Source of the DNA: an uncultured Acidobacteriota bacterium
GTDB taxonomy: Bacteria > Acidobacteriota > JAQAZP01
Direction: 5' to 3'
Assembly: GCA_963836075.1 (NCBI GenBank)
Contig: CAWIIB010000001.1
Location: forward strand, 448,001-512,000
DNA: 64,000 nucleotides
Shown: piece by piece, positions 31,120 to 41,400 of the stretch
Layout of the letters: every line of letters starts with the position of its first letter
Numbering within the stretch: the first letter of the stretch is position 1
Made by a program: the position numbers and the translations under genes
Notes under the pieces: generated by a model
The model's database searches: none
The model's input: only the letters and a program-made list of their open reading frames with translations
Told to the model about the DNA's origin: nothing

Positions 31120-32334
31120 TCAGCCGGCGGCGGACTCCGCACGGGACTGCTGGACGATGGCCGCGGTGTCCCTGGCGATGGCCAGTTCCTCGTTGGTGGG
31201 AATCACCAGCACGGCAACGCCCCGGGGCGGCTCGGACCTGGAAATGCGTAGTTCCCCGGCCTGGTTGCGGGCCTCGTCCAGCTGCACTCCCATGTATTCC
31301 ATCCGCTCCACCACCCGGCGGCGAACTTCGGGCGAGTTCTCGCCGATTCCGCCGGTGAAGACGATGGCGTCCACCCCGCCGAGAACGGCGGCATAGGCGC
31401 CAACGTATTTTTTCACGCGGCGGCTGAAGATGTCCAGAGCCAGCTGGTGCCGCTGGGAGCCGGCGGCGGCCCGCTCTTCGATCTCCCGCATGTCGTTGCT
31501 GTCCCCGGTAATCCCCAGCAGGCCGCTCTGCTTGTTGAGCAGGGAGTCCACCTCTGCCGGGGAGAGACCCTCGTGTTTCATCAGGTAGGGCAGGATGGCC
31601 GGGTCGAGGTCGCCGCAACGGGTGCCCATCACCAGTCCCTCCAGCGGGGTGAACCCCATGCTGGTGTCCACCGACGTTCCGCGGTCGATGGCGGCGATGC
31701 TGGCGCCGTTACCCAGGTGGCAGGTGATGACCTTCAGGTCTTCCACGCCGCGCCCCAGCAGTTTTGCCGCCTGCCGCATGACGTAGCGGTGGGAGGTGCC
31801 GTGAAAACCGTAGCGCCGGATGCCCAGCTTTTCGTAGAGACTGTAAGGCAGCGCATAGAGATAGGCCGGGCGGGGCATCCGGCTGTGAAAGGCCGTATCA
31901 AAGACGGCCACCTGGGGAATCTCCGGGCTGAGCCTGGTGGCGGCCTCGATACCGGTCAGGTTGGGCGGGTTGTGCAGTGGTGCGAACTGGATGCAGTCGC
32001 GCACCGCCTCGATCATTTCACCGGTAATCAGGGCGGACTCCGAGAAGCGCTCCGCACCATGCACCACCCGGTGGCCGATGCCGTCGATCTCGTCCATGCT
32101 CCGCAGCACCCCGTGGTCGGCGTGGAGCAGATGCTCGAAGATCAGTGCGATGGCGGAGTCGTGATCCGCCACCTCGGTCTCGGTGCGGATCTCCGAAGCC
32201 GCCTTGTAAGTCACGCGGGACACGGGCTCCCCGATCCGTTCCACGATGCCGCGGGCGATGGCCTGTTCTCCCTTCATTTCCAAAAGCTGAAACTTTACCG
32301 AGGAACTTCCGCAGTTGAGAACCAGAATCTTCAT
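31120..32334 (-). CDS. ackA: Acetate kinase
   Basis: ILVLNCGSSSVK, GHRVVHG, APLHNP, VFDTAFH, RRYGFHGTSH, DTSMGFTPLEGL, FTGGIGEN, IPTNEE. Confidence 0.95.
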   Translation of the reverse strand: MKILVLNCGSSSVKFQLLEMKGEQAIARGIVERIGEPVSRVTYKAASEIRTETEVADHDSAIALIFEHLLHADHGVLRSMDEIDGIGHRVVHGAERFSESALITGEMIEAVRDCIQFAPLHNPPNLTGIEAATRLSPEIPQVAVFDTAFHSRMPRPAYLYALPYSLYEKLGIRRYGFHGTSHRYVMRQAAKLLGRGVEDLKVITCHLGNGASIAAIDRGTSVDTSMGFTPLEGLVMGTRCGDLDPAILPYLMKHEGLSPAEVDSLLNKQSGLLGITGDSNDMREIEERAAAGSQRHQLALDIFSRRVKKYVGAYAAVLGGVDAIVFTGGIGENSPEVRRRVVERMEYMGVQLDEARNQAGELRISRSEPPRGVAVLVIPTNEELAIARDTAAIVQQSRAESAAG

Positions 32335-32474
32335 TGACATCGCTCCGCAAAGAACATCCACCGGGATTCCCCAGCGGCCCAGGTCCCGGCCTCCGGGCCG
32401 CCCGCAGGTTGGAGATCACCTTTCACCGCCCGCGGTGCGGCCATGACCGCCCCGCGGACCCGAGCAAGGCAGGC

Positions 32475-32502
32475 ATTGTAACAATAGATACCTGCGAGTC
32501 AA
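32475..32502 (-). promoter_or_regulatory. ackA promoter with overlapping palindrome
   Basis: Minus strand TTGACT-16 nt-(TGn)TACAAT; ATTGT-A-ACAAT palindrome at 32475-32485 overlaps the -10. Confidence 0.6.
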
Positions 32503-32617
32503 GTGCTTTCGTTCCATTGCCTGAATCTCGAGATTCGGTTATAACTAACAGCCTCCGCCGGCCCTGCTCAGCTGCGGACCGTGATGAAATTGGAAACCTA
32601 ACTGAAAAGGTGAAGGC

Positions 32618-34186
32618 ATGATCAACCATCGTCCACTGACAACGCCCCTGGCGGCCGTTTTCCTTCTTTCCCTGCTGGCCCTCGGCGGGTGCAGCCAGAA
32701 CCAGCTCTACGTGATCACCGACGAACCCGGCGGCACCTCCGTCGGCGGGGTGGCCCTCACCGACGCCGAAGTGAACATCCTGTCCTCCAGCGAGGCGGAA
32801 GCGCGGGCCCTGCTGCTGGAAGGCCAGTATCTCCAGGCGGTGGAAGCCTACCGCCAGCAGCTGCCGATCCTGTCCGGCCACTTCATCACCGAATACAAGA
32901 TCGGCGCGGCCTACGCCCACGCCGGAGATGTGGACCAGTCGCTGGACTGGCTGGAACAATCGGTGAAAAAGGGGTTCGCCAACGTTGGCAAACTGGACAC
33001 CGACCCGGCCCTGGTGGTTCTGCACGACGAGGAACGCGCGGTCCCCATCTACCGTGACACCCGGGAAAACATGATCGCCCTCCGTTCGAAGATCCAGCTG
33101 GATCCCTGGACCGGGACACCCGGGCCGGCGGCCAGCTTTGACGATCTGCCGACCCTGCTCGCGGCCTTCAGCAAAGAGGAAGAGCAACTGGCCAAGATTC
33201 AGGATGTCTTTTTCCCCCGTGAGGCCGCCCTGCGTAAAGTGCTGACCCACCGGGCCAAGGCCCAGGCGCTGGAAGCCTTCATCGCCTCCCCCGGCCGCGA
33301 TGCCGCGGAGGTTGAACAGGCCCAGGTGGAACTGCTGCGGGTCTATCGCGGACACACCCAGGGCCCCCGGCTCTCCGCTGTGGCCGAAGCCAGGCTTGAC
33401 GAAGGCTGCCGCAGCTACATCAATGAGTATCCCCAGGGCCGCTATCTGCCCGAAGTGCATTTAATCGATGCCGAGTATCGTTTTCTCAGCGGCCTGCGCA
33501 GCCTGGGCGGCCCGCGGCGGGAGGAGATTCCCCGAATCTGCGACGAGTTCCGCCGTGAGGCCGAAGCGATCATCGCCAGCGCGCCCCAGGACCCGGCGGC
33601 CGGCCTGGCCCTGGTCTGGCTCACCGAGCTCGATTTCGACCCGCGCTACGGCCAACGGGACCTGGACGGTGCGCTGGAAAAATACCGGCGGTTGGAAAGC
33701 GACTATTTCGCCATGCCCGCCGTGGCTCAGCAGGCGACCCGGATATCCGCCCTGGGGTTCTTCGACAAGGGCATTCCGGCATTCAAGGTGGCCGGCATCG
33801 ACGGCGAAACCATTTCCCTGGAGGACTACCAGGGTAAGATCCTCCTGCTCTATTTCTGGTCCACCACCTCGAATCCGGCCAAGGACGAGATGGCCAACCT
33901 GAAGTGGATCGAGGAAAAGTTCACTGACAGCGGTGTGGCCGTGGTGGGCGTGAGCCTGGACCAGGGCGATCTGCTCTCCATTGCCGATTTCTCCCGCTGG
34001 GTGGAGGCCAACAACATCTCCTGGCCCCAGTATTACGACGGCCGGGGCACGGACAACGAGCTGGCCCGTCTGTTCAACGTGACCACTGTCCCCTTTGTCT
34101 TCATCATCGACCGCGAGGGCACGCTGGCCGATGCCGGACTCACCGGCAAGGACCTGGAGCTGGCAGTTGCCGGCATCATCGACTGA
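32618..34186 (+). CDS. Lipoprotein with TPR-like helices and a C-terminal TlpA/thioredoxin-fold domain lacking CxxC
   Basis: Lipobox LALGGC; ISLEDYQGKILLLYFWSTTSNPA, VVGVSLD, WPQYYDG, VPFVFIIDREG. Confidence 0.8.
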   Translation: MINHRPLTTPLAAVFLLSLLALGGCSQNQLYVITDEPGGTSVGGVALTDAEVNILSSSEAEARALLLEGQYLQAVEAYRQQLPILSGHFITEYKIGAAYAHAGDVDQSLDWLEQSVKKGFANVGKLDTDPALVVLHDEERAVPIYRDTRENMIALRSKIQLDPWTGTPGPAASFDDLPTLLAAFSKEEEQLAKIQDVFFPREAALRKVLTHRAKAQALEAFIASPGRDAAEVEQAQVELLRVYRGHTQGPRLSAVAEARLDEGCRSYINEYPQGRYLPEVHLIDAEYRFLSGLRSLGGPRREEIPRICDEFRREAEAIIASAPQDPAAGLALVWLTELDFDPRYGQRDLDGALEKYRRLESDYFAMPAVAQQATRISALGFFDKGIPAFKVAGIDGETISLEDYQGKILLLYFWSTTSNPAKDEMANLKWIEEKFTDSGVAVVGVSLDQGDLLSIADFSRWVEANNISWPQYYDGRGTDNELARLFNVTTVPFVFIIDREGTLADAGLTGKDLELAVAGIID

Positions 34187-34193
34187 TTCCCCG

Positions 34194-34820
34194 GTGCCGG
34201 CGGTCCGGTCAGGGCCGCCGGCTTTACTGCGGAGGCAGACCACAATCCGGATCCTCCACAAGCCATGCCGCAAGTTCGACGAGAGGCCGCCGGGTGTGCT
34301 GCCGGAGCTGATCGTCATCCATTTCTCGGCCACCAGGTCTGTGGGGGAGATCTTCGACATTTTCATCCACGGCCCCCACCCGGTCTCCTCCCACTACGTG
34401 ATCGACGACGACGGCACCGTTTTCCTGCTGGTGGACGAATCGAAACGGGCCTGGCATGCCGGGCGTTCGTCCCACCTCGGGCTCGTCGACGTGAACAGCC
34501 GCTCAATCGGCATCGAACTGCGCAATGCCGGGCGTCTCACTCCGGCCGGCGACGGCGCCCGGTTCTACACCGTCAACGGCCGGCTGTATCGGCCCCGCCA
34601 CCCGGCCCTGCTCGCCGAGGGGCACTGGTGGGAAAGCTTCGCCGATCAACAGTTGCTTTCCCTGGGCCAGCTGTGCCGGCAGATCTCCCGGCGCTACGAT
34701 ATTCCTGCCTCCGGTCTGGTGGGTCACGCCGAGGTGGCCACCCCTGCCGGACGAAAGATCGATCCGGGTCCGCTTTTCGACTGGGAGCGGCTGCGCGGCG
34801 ACGTCACATCTACCTGTTGA
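34194..34820 (+). CDS. N-acetylmuramoyl-L-alanine amidase (Amidase_2/AmpD-like)
   Basis: LIVIHFS, VSSHYVID, RAWHAG, NSRSIGIEL, VGHAEVA..RKIDPGPLFDW; start uncertain. Confidence 0.85.
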   Translation: MPAVRSGPPALLRRQTTIRILHKPCRKFDERPPGVLPELIVIHFSATRSVGEIFDIFIHGPHPVSSHYVIDDDGTVFLLVDESKRAWHAGRSSHLGLVDVNSRSIGIELRNAGRLTPAGDGARFYTVNGRLYRPRHPALLAEGHWWESFADQQLLSLGQLCRQISRRYDIPASGLVGHAEVATPAGRKIDPGPLFDWERLRGDVTSTC

Positions 34821-34877
34821 CCCGACACTTCTTTCTGCCGATAACATAGATGAGCAGCAGCTGCAGGGAGGAGATGT

Positions 34878-35678
34878 ATGGACGGGCAACGGCATGTGAT
34901 TATCGTCAGCGAGAATCCATACTACCGCGCTGTCTATCGCGAAACCCTGGCCGAAGCGGGTTTCACGGTGGACGACCAGGTGAGCCCGGAGCAGCTGGCG
35001 GAACACATCCAACAGACACAGAACACAAACCTCCTGCTGCTGGAACAGGACCTTTCGGAAACCAACGCGGTGCAACTGCTGCGGGAGTTGAACGATGCGG
35101 GGGTGAGCAACCCCAACCTGCGTACCGTTTGCCTGGTCGGCCAGTCGGTGGGCTCCCGCGCCCTGGACGAGTTGAAAGCCGCCGGCTTCTCCGGTGTCAT
35201 CCCGCTGGACGCCACGCCGGAGCTGATTGTCTTCCGGGTCAACGACCTGATCTTTTCCGAAGAGGTCAAACAGCGGAAGAACCTGCGCACCCCGGTTTCC
35301 ATTCCCGCCGAGGTGCGGCTGGGCAACCAGATCTCCGAGGGGCTGATCATCAGCCTCAGCAAACAGGGTCTGTTCCTCAAATCGAAGCGACCGCTGGCGG
35401 TCAACTCACTGATCGAATTGACCTTCATCCTGCCCGGCGACAGCCGGGACAACGGCACCCGGTTGCAGATTCCGGGTCGCATTACCCTGGTCAAGGGCAG
35501 CACCGGCCCCGTGGATATCTATTTCGGCCCGGGAATGGTGGTGATCTTCGAGGAAGCGGATGTCCGGATCGTGGAACTGCTGGACGACTTTGTCGCCGGT
35601 GAGCTGCGAAAGCTGCAGGGGCCCCGGGGTCAGGAAGAGGCGTTGCCCAACGCCTTGGAAACCATCTCCAGCAACTGA
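34878..35678 (+). CDS. Degenerate receiver-like domain + PilZ domain protein
   Basis: RKNLR (RxxxR) and SLSKQGLF; N-terminal REC-like alpha/beta pattern without the canonical Asp; GGAGGAG SD. Confidence 0.7.
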   Translation: MDGQRHVIIVSENPYYRAVYRETLAEAGFTVDDQVSPEQLAEHIQQTQNTNLLLLEQDLSETNAVQLLRELNDAGVSNPNLRTVCLVGQSVGSRALDELKAAGFSGVIPLDATPELIVFRVNDLIFSEEVKQRKNLRTPVSIPAEVRLGNQISEGLIISLSKQGLFLKSKRPLAVNSLIELTFILPGDSRDNGTRLQIPGRITLVKGSTGPVDIYFGPGMVVIFEEADVRIVELLDDFVAGELRKLQGPRGQEEALPNALETISSN

Positions 35679-36211
35679 CCCTCGTCAAAAGGTTTGAACA
35701 GCAACTGATCGGCTCCGGCGGCCAGGATCTCGTCCCGGTCGTCATCGTTGAGAAAACCGGTGATCACAATGATCTTGATCTGCCGGGTGTTCTCGTTGGC
35801 CCTGATCCGGCGGCAGATCTCCAGCCCGTCCACCCAGGGGATGTTGACGTCGAGCACCATCACGTGCGGCTGGAAAATACCCATTTTCATCAGCGCGTCG
35901 ATGCCGTCGTTGGAGAACTCGCAGATGCACTCCAGAACGCTCTCCTCGAGGGATTTCTGGATGAACCGGCGCACCACCATCTCGTCGTCCACCACCAGAA
36001 TGCGCGGGGTGGATATGCCCCCGGCAGTGTATCTGGGGAGGCCGTTATCTTCGATGAACTTGACCAGGTCCGTCTCGCGGATTCGGCGATGCCCGCCGGG
36101 AGTCTTGTATGATTCGAGACGGCCAGCCTCAATCCAGCGGATGATCGTCACCGGCGCCACATGGCATATCTTCGCTGCCTGAAACGTGGAAAAGACTTTC
36201 CCATCATTCAT
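35630..36211 (-). CDS. Excisionase/MerR-like HTH + response-regulator receiver protein
   Basis: FSTFQAAKICHV..TIIRWI..YKTPGGHRRI; ILVVDDE, VLDVNIP..DGLE, FKPF. Confidence 0.85.
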   Translation of the reverse strand: MNDGKVFSTFQAAKICHVAPVTIIRWIEAGRLESYKTPGGHRRIRETDLVKFIEDNGLPRYTAGGISTPRILVVDDEMVVRRFIQKSLEESVLECICEFSNDGIDALMKMGIFQPHVMVLDVNIPWVDGLEICRRIRANENTRQIKIIVITGFLNDDDRDEILAAGADQLLFKPFDEGQLLEMVSKALGNASS

Positions 36212-36484
36212 GCCGGTCGTACCTCCTCAAAACTGATGACACCCCATCCTGGTCAAGCCATCAAAGTTCCCAAAAGTAACTGCCCATCATCTTCAACTGG
36301 ATAATTTTATAATAATGCGGTTATTTTTTTAAACCTAACATCTTTTCGCAACGATTTCAAGTGATATGGTGATTATACTTCACATTACGCTCAAATCCCT
36401 CCATGGTTGTTTTAGGCTGTGGCGGAATGGTACACTTTGCATTGAACATCCTGCTTTGAGCTGGTGGGGAAAAGGAAAAGAGAC

Positions 36485-37228
36485 ATGGGTGAAACAAAAA
36501 AAGTCGTCCTGGTCACCGGTGGCGCCAGGCGCCTGGGAAGGCAGATTTCACTGGCCCTGGCCGAACAGGGCTATGCGGTGGCGGTGAACCACAGCGGCAG
36601 CGATGAGATGGCCCGCCGGACCGTTGACCAGATCCGCGGCCAGGGCGGCGATGCCGGTGCCTTCCGTGCGGATGTTTCGGATCTCTCCCAGGTGGCAGCC
36701 ATGGTGGCCGAGGTCGAAGAGACCCTGGGCCCGGTGACCCTGCTGGTGAACAATGCGGCGGTGATACCCCCTTCCTCCTTCGACCAGTTGGACGAGGAGG
36801 TCTGGTCCGCCACCCTGGGGGTCAACCTGGACGGCACGTTTCACTGCTGCCGTGAGCTGGGCCGCCGGATGCAGGAGCGCGGCGGCGGGGCTATCGTCAA
36901 CATCGCCTGTCTCGGCGCCTTTCAGCCATGGCACAAACACATCGCCTACTCGGTCTCCAAGGCCGGAGTGGTGATGCTCACCCGCTGCCTGGCCAAGGCC
37001 CTGGCCCCCGCCGTGCGGGTCAACGCGGTGGCCCCCGGCACCGTGGACGTGGCCGAGGAACCGTCGCCCACCGCCATCACCCCGTCCGCCGACACCATCC
37101 CGATGCAGCGCTACGCCTCCCCCTCGGACATCGCCGGTGCGGTGCTCTACCTCGCCGACGGCACATCATACGTCACCGGCCAGACCCTGCTGGTGGACGG
37201 CGGCACTTCCCTGCAATCCATCTGGTGA
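36485..37228 (+). CDS. SDR-family oxidoreductase (pteridine reductase/FolM-like)
   Basis: VTGGARRLG, LVNNAA, YSVSK, VRVNAVAPG, YVTGQTLLVDGG. Confidence 0.85.
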   Translation: MGETKKVVLVTGGARRLGRQISLALAEQGYAVAVNHSGSDEMARRTVDQIRGQGGDAGAFRADVSDLSQVAAMVAEVEETLGPVTLLVNNAAVIPPSSFDQLDEEVWSATLGVNLDGTFHCCRELGRRMQERGGGAIVNIACLGAFQPWHKHIAYSVSKAGVVMLTRCLAKALAPAVRVNAVAPGTVDVAEEPSPTAITPSADTIPMQRYASPSDIAGAVLYLADGTSYVTGQTLLVDGGTSLQSIW

Positions 37229-37354
37229 GCGTGGCGGCCTGGTCCGGCCTGAAATTGCAACCTACTGAACGGCTATGGTATCGTCCCTTTTTTCAAAGGA
37301 ACCGTGTATGTTCTGAACGACCGTTTTCAGAGAAATCATAGTAAGGAGAAGAGC

Positions 37355-38338
37355 ATGGGCGCAAAAGAAATCAAGAACATCCTGGTCACCGGGTCGGTGG
37401 GACAGATCGGGTCGGAACTCACCCTGGAGCTTCGCCAGCGTTACGGCGCCGACAATGTGGTGGCCTGCGGACGGAAAACCAAGCCGTCAAAGGAACTGGA
37501 GGAGTCGGGCCCCTTCGAGTACGCTGACGTCACCGATCCCGAAAAGCTGAAAGCGGTCTGCCAGAAGTACAACACGGACACCATCATCAACATGGCCGCC
37601 ATCCTCTCCGCCACCGGAGAGCAGAACCCGCTGCTGGCCTGGCACGTCAATGTCACCGGACTGATCAACACCCTCGAACTGGCCCGGGAACTGGAACTGA
37701 CCCAGGTCCTCTGCCCCAGCTCCATCGCCGTCTTCGGCGCCGGCTGCCCGCGGGAGAACACACCCCAGGAAACGGTGCTCAAACCGACCACGATGTACGG
37801 GGTGAGCAAGGTCACCGGCGAACTGCTCTGCGACTACTATGTCAGGCGCTTCGGTGTCGACGCCCGTGGGCTGCGCTACCCCGGCATTATTTCCGCCGAG
37901 ACGCTGCCCGGCGGCGGCACCACCGATTACGCCGTGGAGATCTACTACAAGGCCGTCTCAGAGAAGAAATACACCTGCTTCGTCAAGGAGGACACCCGGC
38001 TGCCGATGATGTACATGCCCGACTGCATCAAGGGCACCATCGACCTGATGGAAGCGCCCTTCGACAATCTGGAGCACCATGGCGACTTCAACATGTCGTC
38101 GATGAGTTTCTCGGTGGCCGAGCTGGCCGACTCCATCCGCAAGTACATCCCCGATTTCGAGGTGGTCTACGAGCCGGACTACCGCCAGGCCATCGCCGAC
38201 TCCTGGCCCCAGTCCATCGACGACTCCGCGGCGCGCAAGGAGTGGGGCTGGAAGCCGAGCTTCGACCTGGACACCATGACCCGGGACATGCTGGAGAAAC
38301 TGGGCAAGCGCCACGAGGCGGGCACGCTCTACCGGTAA
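37355..38338 (+). CDS. tdh: L-threonine 3-dehydrogenase (SDR/epimerase type)
   Basis: GSVGQIGSEL, MAAILSATGE, PSSIAVFG, YGVSK, GGGTTDYAV, RQAIADSWP. Confidence 0.85.
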   Translation: MGAKEIKNILVTGSVGQIGSELTLELRQRYGADNVVACGRKTKPSKELEESGPFEYADVTDPEKLKAVCQKYNTDTIINMAAILSATGEQNPLLAWHVNVTGLINTLELARELELTQVLCPSSIAVFGAGCPRENTPQETVLKPTTMYGVSKVTGELLCDYYVRRFGVDARGLRYPGIISAETLPGGGTTDYAVEIYYKAVSEKKYTCFVKEDTRLPMMYMPDCIKGTIDLMEAPFDNLEHHGDFNMSSMSFSVAELADSIRKYIPDFEVVYEPDYRQAIADSWPQSIDDSAARKEWGWKPSFDLDTMTRDMLEKLGKRHEAGTLYR

Positions 38339-38351
38339 CGACAGGACAGGC

Positions 38352-38396
38352 AAAAAAAGGGGACAGCCACCAAGGCGTGGCAGTCCCCATTTTTTT
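38352..38396. terminator. Bidirectional terminator / REP-like hairpin between convergent genes
   Basis: A7-GGGGACAGCCAC-loop-GTGGCAGTCCCC-A-T7. Confidence 0.8.
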
Positions 38397-38405
38397 CCCT
38401 GTTTT

Positions 38406-41400
38406 CTACTCCGTAACCTTCTTCTTCACCGGATAGGCTGGGATGTCGGGCAGGCCAGCCGGCTGCTCTCTGATCTGCTCCATCAGCAGGTCGATGGCCG
38501 CCTGCAGCTGGGCATCGGTGCCGCGCAGCACGTCGCCCGGCATGTTCTGCACCTCCAGGTCAGGCTCCACGCCATGTCCTTCCACCAGCCAGGTGCGGTC
38601 GGTGCCCAGCAGGCCGAATTGCGGCGGCGTTGTGCCCCCGCCGTCCATGAAGCCCTGGTGCGGTTCGATACCCACCGTTCCGCCCCAGGTGCGCATGCCG
38701 ATGATGGTGGCCAGCTCCTTGCGCTTGAGCGCCTCGGCAAAGAACTCGCCGTTGGAGCCGGTGTCCTCGTTGATCAGCACGGCCAGCTTGTCGCTGCCCA
38801 CCCGTTCGGGGTTGCGGCCCGGGCCGCCTTCCCGGGGAACGGTGAAGCTCCAGATCTTCCGTTCCAGGCGGTCGATGATCATGTCGCCGACGAAGCCGCC
38901 GCCGTTGTACCGTTCGTCGATGATCATCGCCTGCTTGTCCACCTGGGGATAGAAGGCCCGGGCAAACTCGATCAGACCCCGCTCCCCCATGTCCGGAATA
39001 TGCAGGTACCCGATGGCGCCGCCGCTGGCCTGGTCCACCAGCGCCCGTCGTGACTCCACCCACTGGCGGTAACGGATCGACCGCTCGCTGCGCAGGGGAG
39101 TGACCAGCCACTGTTTTGCCCCGTCGGCGGTGGGCGAAGAGTTCCAGGTGAGGCGCACCGGGTTGCCCGCGGTGTCGAGGAATGCGGAGTAGATGTTGTC
39201 CGAATCGGTCACCGGCTGGCCGTTGACCGCGATGATGTAGTCGCCCTCCCTGATCGGGCAGCCCGGTTCGTCAAGCGGCGACCGCTCGGAGGAGCGCCAG
39301 GGGGTTCCGGGAATGATCCGCTGGATGCGGTGAAAACCCTTGCCGGACGATTCGGCATAGTCCACCCCCAGCAGCCCCACCGACACGGTGGGAGCGCCAC
39401 GGCCCATGTCCCCGCCGAAAATGTAGGTGTGGCCGATGTTCAACTCCCCGATCATCTCTCCGATGAGATAGTTCAGATCTCCGCGGTTGCCGCACCAGGG
39501 GAGCAGGACCCGGTATTTCTCGCCCATGGCCTCCCAGTTCAGACCGTGCATGTCGGGGTCGTAGAACCAGTCACGCTGGATCCGCCACGCCTCGTTGAAG
39601 ATCTGCAGGAACTCTTCACCGCGGTCCACCCGCAGCCGGATGGTGTCCAGATCCACACGCCCGTCACCCTCCTTGGCCTCCTCGCCGGCGTCGATGACGC
39701 CGAAGCGGTTGCCGTAGCGGTAGACCAGCTTCTCGCGGTCGGCCGAAAGGTGGTAGTTGCGGACACCGGTGAGCAGGGTTTTGGCCTCCCGGTCCTCGAT
39801 GACATAGCGCCGCAGTTCCAGCGCGCCGCCGGTGAGATCGCTGACGTTCTGATACTTGATGAACTCCCGCTCGGTTTTGTCGAGGAACAGGAAGCCGTCC
39901 TCCAGTGCCTCCAGGCGGAAGTAGTTGCCCGCGGAAACCCCCTCGGCGGCCACGGTGCGCCGTTCGAAATCGCCGGTGTCAATCACCACCGGCTCCGGCT
40001 CGCCGTCCGTATCGTCATCCCCGTCCTCTTCGCCCTCGTCCTCATCCCCGCCGTTCCCCTGCTCCAGAAACTCTTCCGGGGCAAAGGGCGACCGCAGGTC
40101 GTCCTGCAGCAGCAGCAGGTAGGGCCGGGCCATGTCGAGATAGATGTGGTTCTGGTCCACCAGGCCCATCTGCGGGGCAAAGGTGCGGTTGGAGAGAAAG
40201 TAGAGATACCGTCCCTCGGGGTCGAAGGAGGGGCTCCAGTCGGTGGTCATCTCGCCGGTCACCTGGTGTTTCTTGCCCGACTGCAGATCATGGAGCCAGA
40301 TGCTCTCGTGCAGGTTGCCCCCCATGCGGGTGTAGGCGATCCAGCGGCTGTCCGGGGACCAGGTGTAGTCCTGGATGCCCCAGCGCTCCCAGGCGTCGTC
40401 AAAGAGCCCCTGGTCGATCACCGACAGGCTGCCGCTCTCCACCTCCAGCAGGTTCAGCCGCATGAACTTGTCGGAGAAGAGCAGGTATCTGCTGTCCGGG
40501 GACCAGACCGGCTGCATGCGGAACCCCAGCCCGCCCCGGGAGACCTGGCGCCACTCGCCGCCCTTCTGGCTCACCAGGTAGATCTCCTCCTCGCCGCTGC
40601 GGTCGGAGATGAAGGCGATCCATTCCCCGTCCGGCGACCAGGCGCCGTTCTTTTCCCGCGAAGCCGAGGTGGCGGTGAGGTTCACCGGCAGCCCCTTCCC
40701 CTTCTCGTCGGCGGGCAGATTGACCAGTTCGCCCCGCACCTCCAGCAGCAAACGCGCCCCGGAGGGCGAGAGGCTGAAGGAACCGAAGTTGTCGTCGAGA
40801 GGGACGTATTCCGGCCTCAAAGGCACCCGGTCACTGGGGATGTTCACCGGCACCTGGACGGCACTCCCCTGCTCCAAATCGAAGAGATGCAGCGCCTCGC
40901 CGTACTGGTAGACGATGGCCCCGGGGCCGATGGAGGGATACTTGACGTCGTAGTCCTGGTAGTGGGTCAGCCGTGTGACGTTGTCGCCGGAGGGGTCGCA
41001 GCGATAGAGGTTCAGCGTCCCGTCCTCGCGGTCCGAGGTGAAGTAGATGGCGTCCCCCTGCCACATGGGGTAGTTGTCGGTGCCGGTCCAGTCGGTGACC
41101 GGCCGGTAATCCATCTCCTCCATGCTGCCCAGCCAGATGTTCTGGGCCATGCCGCCGCGATACCGTTTCCAGGTGCGGTCCTCGCGAGAGATCCGGTTGT
41201 AGGCGATGCTGGTTCCGTCGGGCGACACGGCACTGAGGCCGGCGCGGTCCACCGGCAGGGCTTTGGGCATCCCCCCATCCTTGATCGCCACGGTGTAGAC
41301 CCGCTCACCGCCCTGGGCCATCTCACGGCCCGAGCGGAAGTAGACTTCGCCCCCGCCGGGCATCCAGCCCAGCACCCGGTCCCGGGAGGGATGGAAGGTC

